Positions 29,701-42,107 of a stretch of 64,000 bases of DNA are shown here, one piece after another. The notes beneath the pieces are model-generated. The model saw nothing but the letters and a program-made list of their open reading frames with translations. It was not told where the DNA came from and searched no databases. Source of the stretch: Octopus sinensis (taxonomy: Eukaryota); the NCBI RefSeq assembly GCF_006345805.1, contig NC_042998.1, positions 81,778,001 to 81,842,000 of the forward strand, given 5' to 3'. The position numbers and the translations under genes were made by a program. How positions within the stretch are numbered: the first letter of the stretch is position 1; every line of letters begins with the position of its first letter.

Positions 29701-30930
29701 GTTTGACTTTTGGTTTATATTTGTACAATTTGGCTCCAAGTCTCACCCAGAGACTTCAAGAGACAACAGGTTGGAAGTTCATGTTGTTGTTATGCCTAGT
29801 GTGCCATATATTTGGTTTTGTATTTAGTGTTGTACTAGTGAATGTCTAAAAAAAAAAAAAAAAAAAAAAATAATAATAATAATAATAATAATAATTATTA
29901 TTATACAGTAGGCTTGTTTTATCACGTGCTTTCACTGCAATACCGAGCAAATCACTGTGTGCCTAGGGTATGTGCTGTGGTTTGTTGTGGTGCACTTATT
30001 TTCACTGTATTGAAAGTGTTTATGTAGTATGTGTGCAGTGTCTAGCAGTACTATTTTCTGTATGTTATATATACTTGTTAGTCCACGTTTTTGTGGTTAT
30101 GTATTTGTCTGAAAGTTTTTTTTCCATCACACCTAATGCGCCTACTATGACAGGAATTGTTTCTGTTCTCAGTTATTGATATTATTATTCTGCGAAATTT
30201 GTGGTGTCGCGGTGATGCTGTTTGGTGGTGTATACGTTACGTAGAAGGTTGTCGTAGTTAATGTAATGTTGGAGATTAAAGCTGAGTGATTTAAGCTATA
30301 CAAATGTGGATGATGATGATGATGACATTGGTGAGTTTAGTGATTATAATTGTAGCACTGGGTGAGGAAATGGGACACGAATTGGACACGGTTGGAACGC
30401 CATTGATGTTAGGTTTAGTGAAGGATAAGAAGTGTGACTGAAAGCTTGGTGGGATGTGGTAGGGCCAGGGGCAATAGCGAAGTATCTCCATGTAATACCA
30501 AAAAAAATTAAATTAAAATTGACAGTACTTGTCATGACAATTATTTGGATTTCTCTGAGACATGGTTTTCCTAGGATATTATCTAGGCGTTTCTGACATC
30601 CCTTTCATATATTTAGAGCACCAACAATGACAGGAACAATTCTCAGTTTAAGATGCCACATCTTTTGTATTTCAATTTCCAGATTCTTATATTTACTTAA
30701 TTTGTCAAATGCTTTTACAGATATATTTTTATCAGTGGGAATACTTACATCAATTAGTCTACGAATATTATTATTATATGTTTGGCTTTTGCTTTGTATA
30801 TGTAGAGGTCAGCTCCAAGTCTTAGCCAGAGACCTCAAGAGACAATAAGTTAGAAGTTCAAGTTAATGTTATGTCATATATCCAGTTTTGCACAGAATAT
30901 TGCGCTAAAGAATGTCTGTCAAAACATAAG
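29643..30930 (-). mobile_element. Several nested R4/Dong-type LINE 3' fragments separated by (TAA)n tracts
   Basis: Minus strand 30500-30775 reads LIDVSIPTDKNISVKAFDKLSKYKNLEIEIQKMWHLKLRIVPVIVGAL (restriction-like endonuclease domain); 30100-30170 reads TETIPVIVGALG. Related 3'-UTR-like blocks at 29698-29847 and 30777-30920 each adjoin (ATT)n. Confidence 0.8.
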
Positions 30931-31359
30931 TAAATTAGAAGTTTGTTTTAAAAGTAATTTGATTATAAGATGTTAAGGTCTGGGTGATAGTAAAAGGTGT
31001 TCGTTGTTATGTGCATTTAAAAGTATTTTGACACATTTACGGATTAAAATATTTTGGGGATTACATAGACAATATTTTACGTAGGATATAGGCAGTTACC
31101 CTTATTCCGTTTTGGGATTTTCCGGTATCTGAGTTAGGTGGCAATCAGCAACTTATGCTAGCTTTCCTAGGACACCTAAGACAACAGATATTGTTTTAAT
31201 ATTGAGGTTCCACATTTTGTCAATTACTATTTCAATATTTTTATATTTCCTCAGTTTTAGGTAGGTCTTGACATACATTAATATCGATTGAGACAATAAT
31301 TTCGATGAAGAGGAATGATTTTTGTCTAAAATCCTTCAAGATAATTATTCATTTAATAT

Positions 31360-31492
31360 CCACAATGGGCTAAACATAGAGGGAACAAACAAGGACAGAC
31401 GAATGGATTAAGTCGATTAGATCGACCCCAGTGCGTAATTGGTACTTTTTAATCGACCACGAAAGGATGAAAAGCAAAGTCGACCTCGGCGC
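31360..31492 (-). mobile_element. Family-A SINE 3' half
   Basis: GGGCTAAACATAGAGGGAACAAACAAGGACAGAC...GATCGACCCCAGTGCGTAATTGGTAC...GAAAGGATGAAAAGCAAAGTCGACCTCGGC. Confidence 0.85.
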
Positions 31493-31494
31493 AT

Positions 31495-32810
31495 ATGTGT
31501 GGTTCTGTCTCTATCTTCAGGTTATTCCTCCTCATCCATAGCCACCGGTCCTATGTATCTGTCTTGGTGTTCATATTTTTTGCAAACTGACCGTACATTT
31601 TTTCATTCCATGATTGTTTTCTTTTTTTGCTCATTTATTGTTTAAATTTTTCTTTCGTTACACAATTTTCAGTGCTGATGATGTCAGCCTTCTTCATGTG
31701 TTTCCACAGTAGCTCCACGGCATGTTTTATATACCATCCTAGTCTGTTTCACTCTACCTCGATACAGTCCTGGCAACTAATCAAACCACTCCCACCCTTT
31801 TAACTGGACAAGTACAGTCTATCGGTGTCACTCTTAGGGTGGAATGCTCCATGTACTGTCAACATTTTTTTTTTATCTTGGTATTCATTTTCTTCATTTC
31901 TCTCTTTTGCCATTTTATAATTCCCGTTCCATAGCGAAGTGTTGCTATCGCCCACATATTAACTGCTTGGATTTTGAGCGCAGCAACAGCCTCAGTCTTC
32001 GGAAAAATCCCATCTTCAGTTGCTCTTTCTTTTCCTTTTCCATTATCTCGCTGCACTCTAGTACACCAAGATGTTCGTATACTTCCGTTTCAATTTGCTT
32101 AATCAAGTCACTATTCGGTAATTCTATCACTGCTAGGGACTCTACCTTGCCTCTTTTTTTGGTAGATTACTCAGCACTTCTTGAGTCCAAATTCCATTCA
32201 CCAAGGAACACACATGTGTTTCATATTTGCCATACAGTTTCAAATCATCCATGAAAAGGAGGTGGTTGATTGTTCGGTGTTTTTCCTTTAGTTGGTACTC
32301 CAGGTTTATTTTCCTCAGTATCAAGATCAGTGCTATCATGCAATGAATGCAAAGCAACGGCGATATGCTGTCACCCTGGAAAATCCCTCTTCTGATACCT
32401 AGGGTGTCCAAGCTATTTCCGTAAGATGTCAGTTCAGTTTTTCATCCCACCATAACTCTCTTCAGGAAACATGTTGCATTCATCGCAATTCCAAACGGAT
32501 CTAAGCACTCAATGATCTGCGAATGTGGAATCATATCATAGGCTTTGCTATCGTCCATCCTGTTGATCTACAACATTTTCCTTTGATGCATCCTTCAGGC
32601 ACAACACCGTTCGTCCTTTTGTCACCCAGCCAGAGCTTTCATCTTCTTCATTGATCAATGCATTAGATTGCTCTGCGATCAATTTATGGCGAATACAGAA
32701 ATTCAGGTCCTGCTGCTTTCCAATTGCTTATCTTTTCACTCATATTTCTGAATTCTTCTTCAGTGAAGTGGAAAGCCTCTTGCTGGGGATAAGAGGCTCT
32801 ACCGCTGAAA
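31495..32810 (-). pseudogene. R4/Dong-type non-LTR retrotransposon reverse transcriptase relic
   Basis: KAYDMIPHSQIIECL, IRRGIFQGDSISPLL, INHLLFMDDLKLYGK, YEHLGVLE, AVNMWAIATLRY, HSTLRVTPIDCTC/HPKSDTDRLYL region; frameshifted. Confidence 0.9.
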
Positions 32811-32824
32811 TCTACAAGTTTTGT

Positions 32825-33000
32825 TCATTCTCTCTCTGTTGATGGGCTTCTTTTAGTTTCCGTCTACTAAATCCAATCGCAAGGCTTTGCTCAGTCCAAG
32901 ACCATAGTAGAATGCAGTTGCCCAAGGTGCCACGCAGTGGGACTGAGCTTGGAACCATGTCGTTGGTAAGCAATCTAATTACTATACAGCTACTCTTGCG
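32825..33000 (-). mobile_element. Family-B SINE 5' half
   Basis: GGGCTTCTTTTAGTTTCCGTCTACTAAATCCA...TTGCCCAAGGTGCCACGCAGTGGGACTGAGC. Confidence 0.85.
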
Positions 33001-33014
33001 CCTATCACCCCGAG

Positions 33015-33039
<25 letters not shown>

Positions 33040-33092
<53 letters not shown>

Positions 33093-33415
33093 GTGTGTGT
33101 GTGTGTTTTAACAGTTTTACCCTCCGCAAGCAATCCCAAATTTTATTTAATTTGCTTTGCGGGAAGGATTGTTTCAACGAAGTTGCGTCTTGTCCTTACC
33201 TTCGAACGCGGAGTAGATGAAACAGGGACAACTGAAGAAGAGGAATATTCCTTGTGTTGTATGTCTTGTACTCTGTTTTTCTCGTTGTTTGAAAAAAAGT
33301 TCGTTTCTATGTTTTTTCTTTTATGTTTTCGTTCCTCATTGTGTTCCACGTTTTTTGATGTCCTGTACCCATGTATGCATGTATATATGCATATATGTAA
33401 TATATTTATATATTA

Positions 33416-33494
<79 letters not shown>

Positions 33495-33808
33495 TGTGTT
33501 TTAACAGTTTTACCCTCCGCAAGCAATCCCAAATTTTATTTAATTTGCTTTGCGGGAAGGATTGTTTCAACGAAGTTGCGTCTTGTCCTTACCTTCGAAC
33601 GCGGAGTAGATGAAACAGGGACAACTGAAGAAGAGGAATATTCCTTGTGTTGTATGTCTTGTACTCTGTTTTTCTCGTTGTTTGAAAAAAAGTTCGTTTC
33701 TATGTTTTTTCTTTTATGTTTTCGTTCCTCATTGTGTTCCACGTTTTTTGATGTCCTGTACCCATGTATGCATGTATATATGCATATATGTAATATATTT
33801 ATATATTA

Positions 33809-33860
<52 letters not shown>
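33040..33860. repeat. 393-bp tandem duplication of a microsatellite-flanked dispersed element
   Basis: TTTTAACAGTTTTACCCTCCGCAAGC... at ~33106 and ~33499; ORF-track twins at 33217/33610 and 33143/33536; bounded by (TG)n and (TA)n. Confidence 0.93.
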
Positions 33861-33863
<3 letters not shown>

Positions 33864-34355
33864 TACATGTGTGTATGTGCTTGCGTCTAATATTGATATT
33901 TCAACATTTAGCCTAACAATGGGTAAAACTAGAATGATCATTTAAGTAAAAATCTATTGTAATCATCAACTCCAATTATCTTTTGTTTGTTTATATGCTT
34001 CAACGATTTTATCTCAATATTACAAACAAATCTTTATAGCGAAATTAATTCCCAAACGTGAAATACCTATTGTATTTAATTTTCTCTTTGAAATATCCAT
34101 CCAACTTCTCTCTCACTCTCTCTCAGACACACGCATACACTCATACACACACGCCACACACATACGTACACAGACACGCTCTCTCTCTCTCACTCTTTCT
34201 CTCTCGTACACTTTTTCACTCTCTCACACTCTCCTCTCTCTCTGTGACGCACGCCATAATTACAATACATAAATATTCATCTTCTTCGTGTGACTCTTCT
34301 TCTTCTTCTACTTCTTCTTCTTCGTTTTCTACTAAAATTACTATCAATAATATTA

Positions 34356-34403
34356 CCACCACCACCACCACCACCACCGCCGCCGCCGCCGCTGCTGCTG
34401 CTG

Positions 34404-34453
<50 letters not shown>
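34356..34453. repeat. Compound trinucleotide repeat (ACC)n(GCC)n(GCT)n(ACT)n
   Basis: Directly visible. Confidence 0.95.
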
Positions 34454-34494
34454 GTTTTGAAGGAGACGTGTATTCCACTTGGCCATACTACCTT

Positions 34495-34927
34495 GTAAGA
34501 ATTTGGAGACGAGAAATCATTTATATAGCGGAGAGCTAGAAATACCTAGTGGTATTTGAAAGTGATGGAATCAAACATTCAATAATGCAGGAAAGGATCA
34601 GAAGAGAATGTTATTGCAGAGTAAGAGCAACATTCAAGACAGATCTGAATGCAAGAAACAAGATCCAAGCGATCAATAGTTTAGACATACCGGTCGTGAC
34701 TTACAGTTTCAGTATCATTAACTAGTCAATTACTGATACGTGTAATCTTGACAGAAAAATACGAAAATTGTTGACAATGTATAGAATTGCAAAAGTCTGG
34801 ACCTGCTCCATCATAAAAACTTGTGGGAACACAAACCGCTTCTAGTGCTTGAAAATGATTACATCTCACTCCTCTGGAACATCACCGTTCAAACTGACAG
34901 AAAGATAGATGCGAATAAACCAGACAA
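34495..34927 (+). pseudogene. R4/Dong-type LINE fragments (RT thumb region and endonuclease piece)
   Basis: KYLVVFESDGIKHSIMQERIRRECYCRVRATFKTDLNARNKIQAINSLDIPVVTYSFSIIN*...LDRKIRKLLTMYR; later LWNITVQTDRKIDANKPD. Confidence 0.85.
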
Positions 34928-35224
34928 ATGAGAATATCTGAAATAAATTCGACTGCTCTCACAAATGAGAATACTAAAAATGAACCCGACAGCTCTCACA
35001 TATTAAGTAAAAAAACGGAAAAAAATCTAGAATCCTTGTCCGCTACCTCATCGAGCACATTGGTAGTCATGGAATGTGTAGGTGGCTGTAGAAAATTTAG
35101 TAAAAGTTATACAAGTCAAAGATAACTAATTAACTATTAGACATGGTTTCAAATCCGGAGGTAATATGTTGTACTCAGGAATTTTAAAATGAATAGCATG
35201 AGACCTTTTGGTTGAATAAAGAAA

Positions 35225-36095
35225 AGAATGCATGGACAAAATAGGTGGATAAAGAAAAGAATGCAGGGAGAAAATAGGTGGAGAAAGAAAAGAATGCATG
35301 GACAATTCCATAGGGATGTTGAAGATAAGACAGACAGAGAAAAAAGATGGCTATGGATGACTAAAAGTGATTTAAAACCGGAAATGGAGCCTCTAATCTG
35401 TGCTACCCAAGAGCAACCCCTGCTATATTCTGACGTCTATTATATTCAGAAAACCCGAGGTCATGGATGTGGAAGAGTGACCTGAAGATAGAAACAGAAG
35501 CATTAATATGTGCGGCAAGACGACACGCATTGAACGACGAACTAATTGAAGTGCAAAATTGACAACACGACTGAGTGACAAACGCTGAATGTGTGGTGAG
35601 AGGGTTGAAATAGTGTGGTACATTGTTAGTGTATGCTTGAAATCAGCACAAGGTGAATAGAAGAGATGACATGGCAATATGGCAAGAATGATTCATTGGG
35701 TCCTCTGTGGAAATTATGGCCTACAAAGCCCAAAGACATGGTATGAAAAATCCCATAATATGTTACTGAGAATGAAGATTGCAAAATCTTGAGATTGGTG
35801 TGGTGAACAAAAAACGAAAACAAACATGCTTGATGATCGGTATAGGATGTCCCGGTGACAAAAGGATCGAAATAAGAAAAAGTGAATACCTATGACGAAT
35901 TGACCTAGGAAATACGCAGGCTGGGGGCAAGGAAGAGAGTGGACTTGATACCAACAGTACCTGGCGCACTTGGAAATATCAGCGTTCAATTACCATCATG
36001 GCTCAAAAATATTAGGACAAACGTAAAGATAGAACACTTGCAAAAATCATCACTGCGTGGAACTGCGAGAGTTCTCCGCAGGGTTCTTGAACTCA
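35225..36095 (+). pseudogene. R4/Dong-type LINE C-terminal relic (CCHC knuckle + restriction-like endonuclease region)
   Basis: WRKKRMHGQF...WLWMTKSDLKPEMEPLICATQEQ; R*MCGERVEIVWYIVSVC; HGNMARMIHWVLC; LIPTVPGALG...LQKSSLRGTARVLRRVL. Confidence 0.88.
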
Positions 36096-36207
36096 ATTCA
36101 AAAGTTCATATAAAGAAACTAACCCACTATTATGCTTAAATTATTTCCTTTTCGAAAAAGAACATGAGAATTTGGGCCGTGCATGTTTTTATTATTATTG
36201 GTACGGC

Positions 36208-36425
36208 TAGGGCGGCGAGCTGGCAGAATCGTTAGCACATCGGGCGAAATGCTTTGCGGTATTTCTCCCGTCTTCAGGTTCTGAGTTCAAATTCCGCCGA
36301 GGAGGACTTTGCCTTTCATCTTTTTGGGGTGGATTAAATAAATACCAGTTACGCTCTGGGGTCAATGTAATCGACTTAATCCCTTTCCCCAAATATGAGG
36401 CCCTGTGCTTCCAGTGGAAAGCATT
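36208..36425 (+). mobile_element. Family-A SINE, near full length
   Basis: GGGCGGCGAGCTGGCAGAATCGTTAGCAC...GAGTTCAAATTCCGCCGAGG...GGGGTCAATGTAATCGAC. Confidence 0.9.
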
Positions 36426-36609
36426 GTTATTGGAATGGCTAGGCAAACGGAGATGTTCCTTCAAAGTCCCTAAGTATTCAGCTAATATGTAGGGTTTATC
36501 GTAATTTAAGTAGAGAATTAATTCTTGCTTTAATTGTGTTTTCAAACAAGGCACTTCATTCCTCGTTGCCCACTCTACTCAGTTGAAAAAGAGTATCGTT
36601 TTGGGCGAA

Positions 36610-36812
36610 GGTAAAGAACATGGACTGCACTCCCATTTCTGTTATTATTTTTTTTTTTCCTACAGAAACCCATCTTTTCAACTGCTGAGATTCCGAATCT
36701 ACAAAAAACTTCGGTATTTCAAAATTTTAATCTCCACAGTCGAAAAAGTGGATTTCTTTAGAAAAACATAATAATGATAACCGAATGGGTGTGCAGTCCA
36801 TGTTCTTTAACC
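36610..36812. mobile_element. MITE with ~30-bp terminal inverted repeats, superfamily unassigned
   Basis: GGTAAAGAACATGGACTGCACTCCCATTTC / GAATGGGTGTGCAGTCCATGTTCTTTAACC; no clear TSD. Confidence 0.7.
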
Positions 36813-37426
36813 ACCGCTTCTTTTTGATGTTGGTGCTAATTCCTTCCCATTCACCTTCCATCACTTCAATTTTCTACTGGACAAATATATCTGGTAATGC
36901 ATGATAGTTTAATATTTGTTGCAAAAGATATTTTGCAGGCAATGACCTTTATCATAACGATATTCCTACCCTACGCTTTGCATTTTCTTTTATTCAACAG
37001 TCAGTAGCATTATTAACCAGATCACATTGATTATGGAGTGTCACAAACCCCTGTCTAATCATTAGATTATATTCTGAAACTTCATATACCATTTAAATCC
37101 GTTAAAAGCATCACATTATTTCAATAGTTAATTTCTGATAGCTCAGGGAAACCGTTTCTAAAGATTTTCAGTTTTAATGCAAGCTGTTCATACTCCTGTA
37201 GCATTTCTGATGTCGAGAGGCCTTCCCTTTTTCCCACCAATATGTTCTACACCCCTGGTGTATAAAGTTTGATTATGGCTTGATTTTGGCGTAACTTCAA
37301 CTCTAGCTTTTTTAGTAGGGACTTAGTTATCTCAGTGGCTCTCTTCTCTACTCAAGAGTTCATTCGCCACATGCTGCACACACATACACACAAACACACA
37401 CACACACACAGACACACACAAACACA

Positions 37427-37458
<32 letters not shown>

Positions 37459-38323
37459 ACACACACACAAAGTCACGAGCAAAGAAAAAGAAAAAAATAA
37501 GCACTTTCCCCCACTTTTTTCTATCCTATTCACTGCATCTTATAAACACTTTCTCTCAATTCTATTCGCTTCTCGCTTATTTTTCGAATTTCTGCTTCTC
37601 GGGTTTTATATTTCTATATTTTCTTCACACTCTGTCCACCGCGTTTTCCGTTTCCTTCCCAATTTACTCTCTCCATTTCCTTGCATCGTTACCAGTCTCT
37701 TCGCCTCACTTCCAGATCATTTCTATTCATTTCATCACTACTACTCATTTCCTATTTCATTTCTCATTCCCAAAGTCTCTTAACATTTTTTTTTGTATCT
37801 TTCTATTTCACTTCTTAACAGTATCACTGCCTTCGTTCTATTTCTATATTCCTTACGGTTTCCCTCTTCTTTTATTTTAACGCTTTACATGTGATACTCC
37901 TCAGTGTTGTCTCGTTTATTCATACATTTACACATTCAATCAATTTCACCTTTCTTCCTTTTTTTGTTAATGATTTTTGTCTTTATTTTTCCATTTCATT
38001 CCTTCTTTCCTCACTTCAATTTCTATTTCCTACTTTCAGTTGTGTTTCCTAAGATATTTTTTTCTTTTTATAAATTCCCTGTTCTCTGTATATACTTTTC
38101 AAACAAAACCCTTCACTCTCTTACTCCACCATTCCCACTCTCTCTCTCTCCCTATCTATTTATCTCCTCTCTGTGTGTTTCACTTCATTATTACGAAGTC
38201 TAATACGAAACCATTACGATCGAAAGAAAGATATAGAGATAAAAAGAACGCAGAAGCATGCTTGAAAGATAGTTTGTAAAAGAGATAACGGATAGAATAC
38301 ATGTACACAAACACACACACACA

Positions 38324-38419
<96 letters not shown>

Positions 38420-38699
38420 CAACAATTGAGGGTAAAATTAATTAATTAATCAATTTCACCAAGTATTCAGTATGCAAAGGGACCATTTAAGGCGAATTCA
38501 AATTATTACATTATATAAAAGGGCTTAGTAAAATAAATTACTTTGCCGCATACTGAACTCATTAGAAATAGCAGCTAAAAAAACTTTTTTAAAACTATTT
38601 CTAATACTTAAAGAAAACCTCTCTCATATAGTGTTTGCTCAATTCAACTCACGCAAATATGGGGGTAGAGACATTAAAAAATCAAGTGCAAAGGTTATT

Positions 38700-38752
38700 T
38701 GAGAACGTACGTTTCAAGATTAGTCAAAGTCGACATTTCTATCATCAGCTCA
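38700..38752 (-). ncRNA. Minimal type-I hammerhead ribozyme motif
   Basis: Minus strand: tgag-CTGATGA-tagaaatgtcgactttgactaatctt-GAAAC GTAC GTT-ctca. Canonical core, 4-bp stem I, palindromic stem III, GUU site; stem II imperfect. Confidence 0.75.
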
Positions 38753-39255
38753 GAACTCCCTGGTTTGGATTTGAAAACACTGAAAGTGGGAGCATACCCT
38801 TTCGGCTTCCTCTCGCTTCTGAAGATCTGCTCGTAACTAACAGTGCCAACAAACTCAAAAATGCAAGCGAAGAATTTCTGCTCTCCCCTTTCCACCAGCG
38901 TGGATTAAAATCAGTAAACACTATGCTTTTTTCGGTAAAATCCGCGGCATATATAGAGAGAGATGAATTATAATTTCAACAATGAGGGTAAAATTAATTA
39001 ATTAATCAATTTCACCAAGTATTCAGTATGCAAAGGGACCATTTAAGGCGAATTCAAATTATTACATTATATAAAAGGGCTTAGTAAAATAAATTACTTT
39101 GCCGCATACTGAACTCATTAGAAATAGCAGCTAAAAAAACTTTTTTAAAACTATTTCTAATACTTAAAGAAAACCTCTCTCATATAGTGTTTGCTCAATT
39201 CAACTCACGCAAATATGGGGGTAGAGACATTAAAAAATCAAGTGCAAAGGTTATT

Positions 39256-39308
39256 TGAGAACGTACGTTTCAAGATTAGTCAAAGTCGACATTTCTATCA
39301 TCAGCTCA
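39256..39308 (-). ncRNA. Minimal type-I hammerhead ribozyme motif (second tandem copy)
   Basis: Same sequence as 38700-38752, 556 bp downstream. Confidence 0.75.
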
Positions 39309-40544
39309 GAACTCCCTGGTTTGGATTTGAAAACACTGAAAGTGGGAGCATACCCTTTCGGCTTCCTCTCGCTTCTGAAGATCTGCTCGTAACTAACAGT
39401 GCCAACAAACTCAAAAATGCAAGCGAAGAATTTCTGCTCTCCCCTTTCCACCAGCGTGGGTTAAAATCAGTAAACACTATGCTTTTTTCGGTAAAATCCG
39501 CGGCATTATATAGAGAGAGATGAATTATAATTTCAACAATTTCAACAATTAATGTCTCTACCCCCATATTTGCGTGAGTTGAATTGAGCAAACACTATAT
39601 GAGAGAGGTTTTCTTTAAGTATTAGAAATAGTTTTAAAAAAGTTTTTTTAGCTGCTATTTCTAATGAGTTCAGTATGCGGCAAAGTAATTTATTTTACTA
39701 AGCCCTTTTATATATATATATATATATACATACACACATATACATATATATATGCACACACATGCATATATATACATATATATATATGTATATATATATA
39801 CACACATATACATATATATATATGCACACATATATGCAAATATACATGTACATACACACACACACTCACATATATATATATATAGAAATATATACATAAA
39901 CACTCATGCACAAACGGACGCACACACACACACATGTATATATGTATAAAGCTGAGAATACGCAAAAGCAAAAATTGTGGTGCTACATAGTTTTGTGACG
40001 TAATCTTCTTGCTGTGCGAGCGTTCATGCAAGTGTGCGCCACTGCAACCGCGTGTCTCTGTGCGAACGTATATTCATCCAAAGATGTGTAAGTGACGACG
40101 GGGGTTATAAAAATGTCTTCTCTGATGACGTAGGTAAACTAATTTTAAAATTATCCAATACATTTCATCTACGCACGAAGTATTCATATTATATTTCTTC
40201 ACTCACTCAAATTCACCCGCCTCATTCATGTACACATATAATCGTGTATGTATGCAAGTATATCACACATAAACGAACATACTCATCCGCACTCATACAC
40301 ATATACTCTATCTCACACACACACACACATACAAACACATACACATGCATATATATGTATGTGTACGTGTGCGTGTGTACGTATGTATGTATGTATGTAT
40401 AGACCTGTATACCTGTTTATCTTTATATAAACACACATATAATAATATAATAATATATAATATATATATGTATGTATATATACGCAGAGAGAGACAGACA
40501 GAGAGAGAGAGAGAGAGAGAGAGATAAAGAGTAATAAATGAAAG

Positions 40545-41070
40545 GAGAATGAATTTAGGCAAGTCGATATACAAAAAATATTAAATACATTTAATACGAA
40601 AAATATACATATGTATGCTTATAAAAAGTTCGACGTACACAGAATATAAATGATATCAGGAATCAAAGGGCTTAAGTAAGGGCTTTACGAGTCCAACGTC
40701 TGTTTCTGGGAGGGGCTTGGTGTTGGTCCAAAATAATGATTATAACTTGATTCCATCATCGGATACCACCAACCTCTGCCTTTAGGGAAAAACTTTACAT
40801 TCGCGGTTTTGAAAGGATGTAAACGTCTTCCCTGAAAACGTAGTTTCGCGTCATCCGATGATGGAATCAAGTTACAATCATTATTTTTGACCACCAAGCC
40901 CAGAGAAACAGCTGTTGGAGTCGAAAATTTTTTACTCAACCCCTTTAATTCTTGATATCATATAGATTCTGTGTAAGTCGAACTTTTTTATATGCATACA
41001 TATATTAATTTTTCGTAACAAATATCTTTAATATTTTTTTAATATAAATTTGCCTAACTTAATTCTCCTT
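40545..41070. mobile_element. Diverged inverted-repeat element (~215-bp arms) with a degenerate hammerhead in each arm
   Basis: Arms ~40545-40764 and ~40853-41070. CCGATGA-tgg...ccaga-GAAAC AGCT GTT at 40855-40916(+) and CCGATGA-tgg...cca-GAAAC AGAC GTT at 40695-40762(-); stem I poor. Confidence 0.65.
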
Positions 41071-41419
41071 ACATGTATTCCTCTACCTGCTCAAGATCAA
41101 ATATCTTGAGCGCTACCAATTGTACTCTATACAGAGTATACCGGTACCTAATCTATAAACACACACAGACGCACACACACATTTATATATATAAATATGT
41201 ATTAATTATAATCTTAGGGTAGCAAGAATATGCATAGAAAAATTCTGCGGATGCAGCCAATGCTTCACGTCTACATGTCTCTAAATCACCAAACGATGTG
41301 CAGAGTGCTCCTAAAATATTACCCTATTAATATATTTTCTGCATGTCTTATTGAAAACTATTTTATTTGGTTGTACATACGTTCACTTAAAACAAAATGT
41401 ATATACGAAAGATATCGGT

Positions 41420-41725
41420 AAATTGATGAACAGTGACAGACAACAGACAGAAGGAACTGACTATAACCGTAAAAGAGGGAATACAAAGGAGTGACAGAGA
41501 GAGAGAGGAGAAATGGAAAGAAAAGAAGAGACATCAACAAGAGACTATGGCATTACAACCAGTCAGGAACAGTCTTCGCTACATTTGCGGTACCTGCCAG
41601 AGGGAGTGTTTGTCCAGGATAGGACTACACAGCCACGGCAGGAAATGTATCAGGACATGAAATATAAAAGCCGGACTTGACTACTTTATGCGCAACTCCA
41701 TTGTCTCCCGAGACAGAAAGGATGC

Positions 41726-41731
<6 letters not shown>
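41420..41731 (+). mobile_element. RTE (BovB-like) LINE 3' end
   Basis: C-terminal YICGTCQRECLSRIGLHSHGRKC motif typical of RTE-BovB ORF ends, then a short 3' UTR with hairpin TGTCTCCCGAGACA and GATGCCAACA tail into (TA)n. Confidence 0.88.
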
Positions 41732-41756
<25 letters not shown>

Positions 41757-41828
41757 CAATATAAGAACAGATAGACATACTATACTAATATGTCCATCTG
41801 TTCTAATTTAATTAAATTCCATGTCATA

Positions 41829-41917
41829 GTGCAGCTGAAGATTACTCTGCATTTTAAATTGATGTAATGATTGCATTGTTCAATTAAATGGAGTTTCATG
41901 AAACGATCGTACTTTAT
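41829..41917 (+). ncRNA. Type-I hammerhead ribozyme motif with long stem II
   Basis: gtgcag-CTGAAGA-ttactc...aattga...tcaatt...gagtttcat-GAAAC GATC GTA-ctttat. Canonical core, palindromic stem III; stem I partly decayed. Confidence 0.65.
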
Positions 41918-42029
41918 TTACTTCTGGAAATCCTTGTTGCTTATTTTGATTTTAATCACCTTACTTTGAAATTGTATGGATAATACCGGACTAAATTCTG
42001 GTACATCAACTTAAGTACCATATTTATAT

Positions 42030-42103
<74 letters not shown>

Positions 42104-42107
42104 GTAT

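Larger units (their letters stand above)
38412..39714 (-). mobile_element. Hammerhead-bearing non-coding element: two ~556-bp tandem units, the start of a third, and an inverted partial copy, between (TA)n tracts
   Basis: TATAATTTCAACAAT at 38412, 38969 and 39526; 39549-39714 is the reverse complement of ~38512-38676; one hammerhead per unit. Confidence 0.85.

Noticed and set aside
33160-33260. Hammerhead in the 393-bp repeat
   Set aside because: CTGAAGA (+) is not followed by GAAA, and the GAAAC on the minus strand has no core or stem I.
36860-37330. Possible pogo/Tigger transposase HTH fragment on the minus strand
   Set aside because: Only vague similarity (…DAFNGFKWYMKF…); cannot be supported without a profile search.
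38635-39523. Twin 110-112-aa ORFs (MLNSTHANMG...)
   Set aside because: They start at TTG, have no recognisable domain, are antisense to the hammerheads, and are duplicated only because the unit is.
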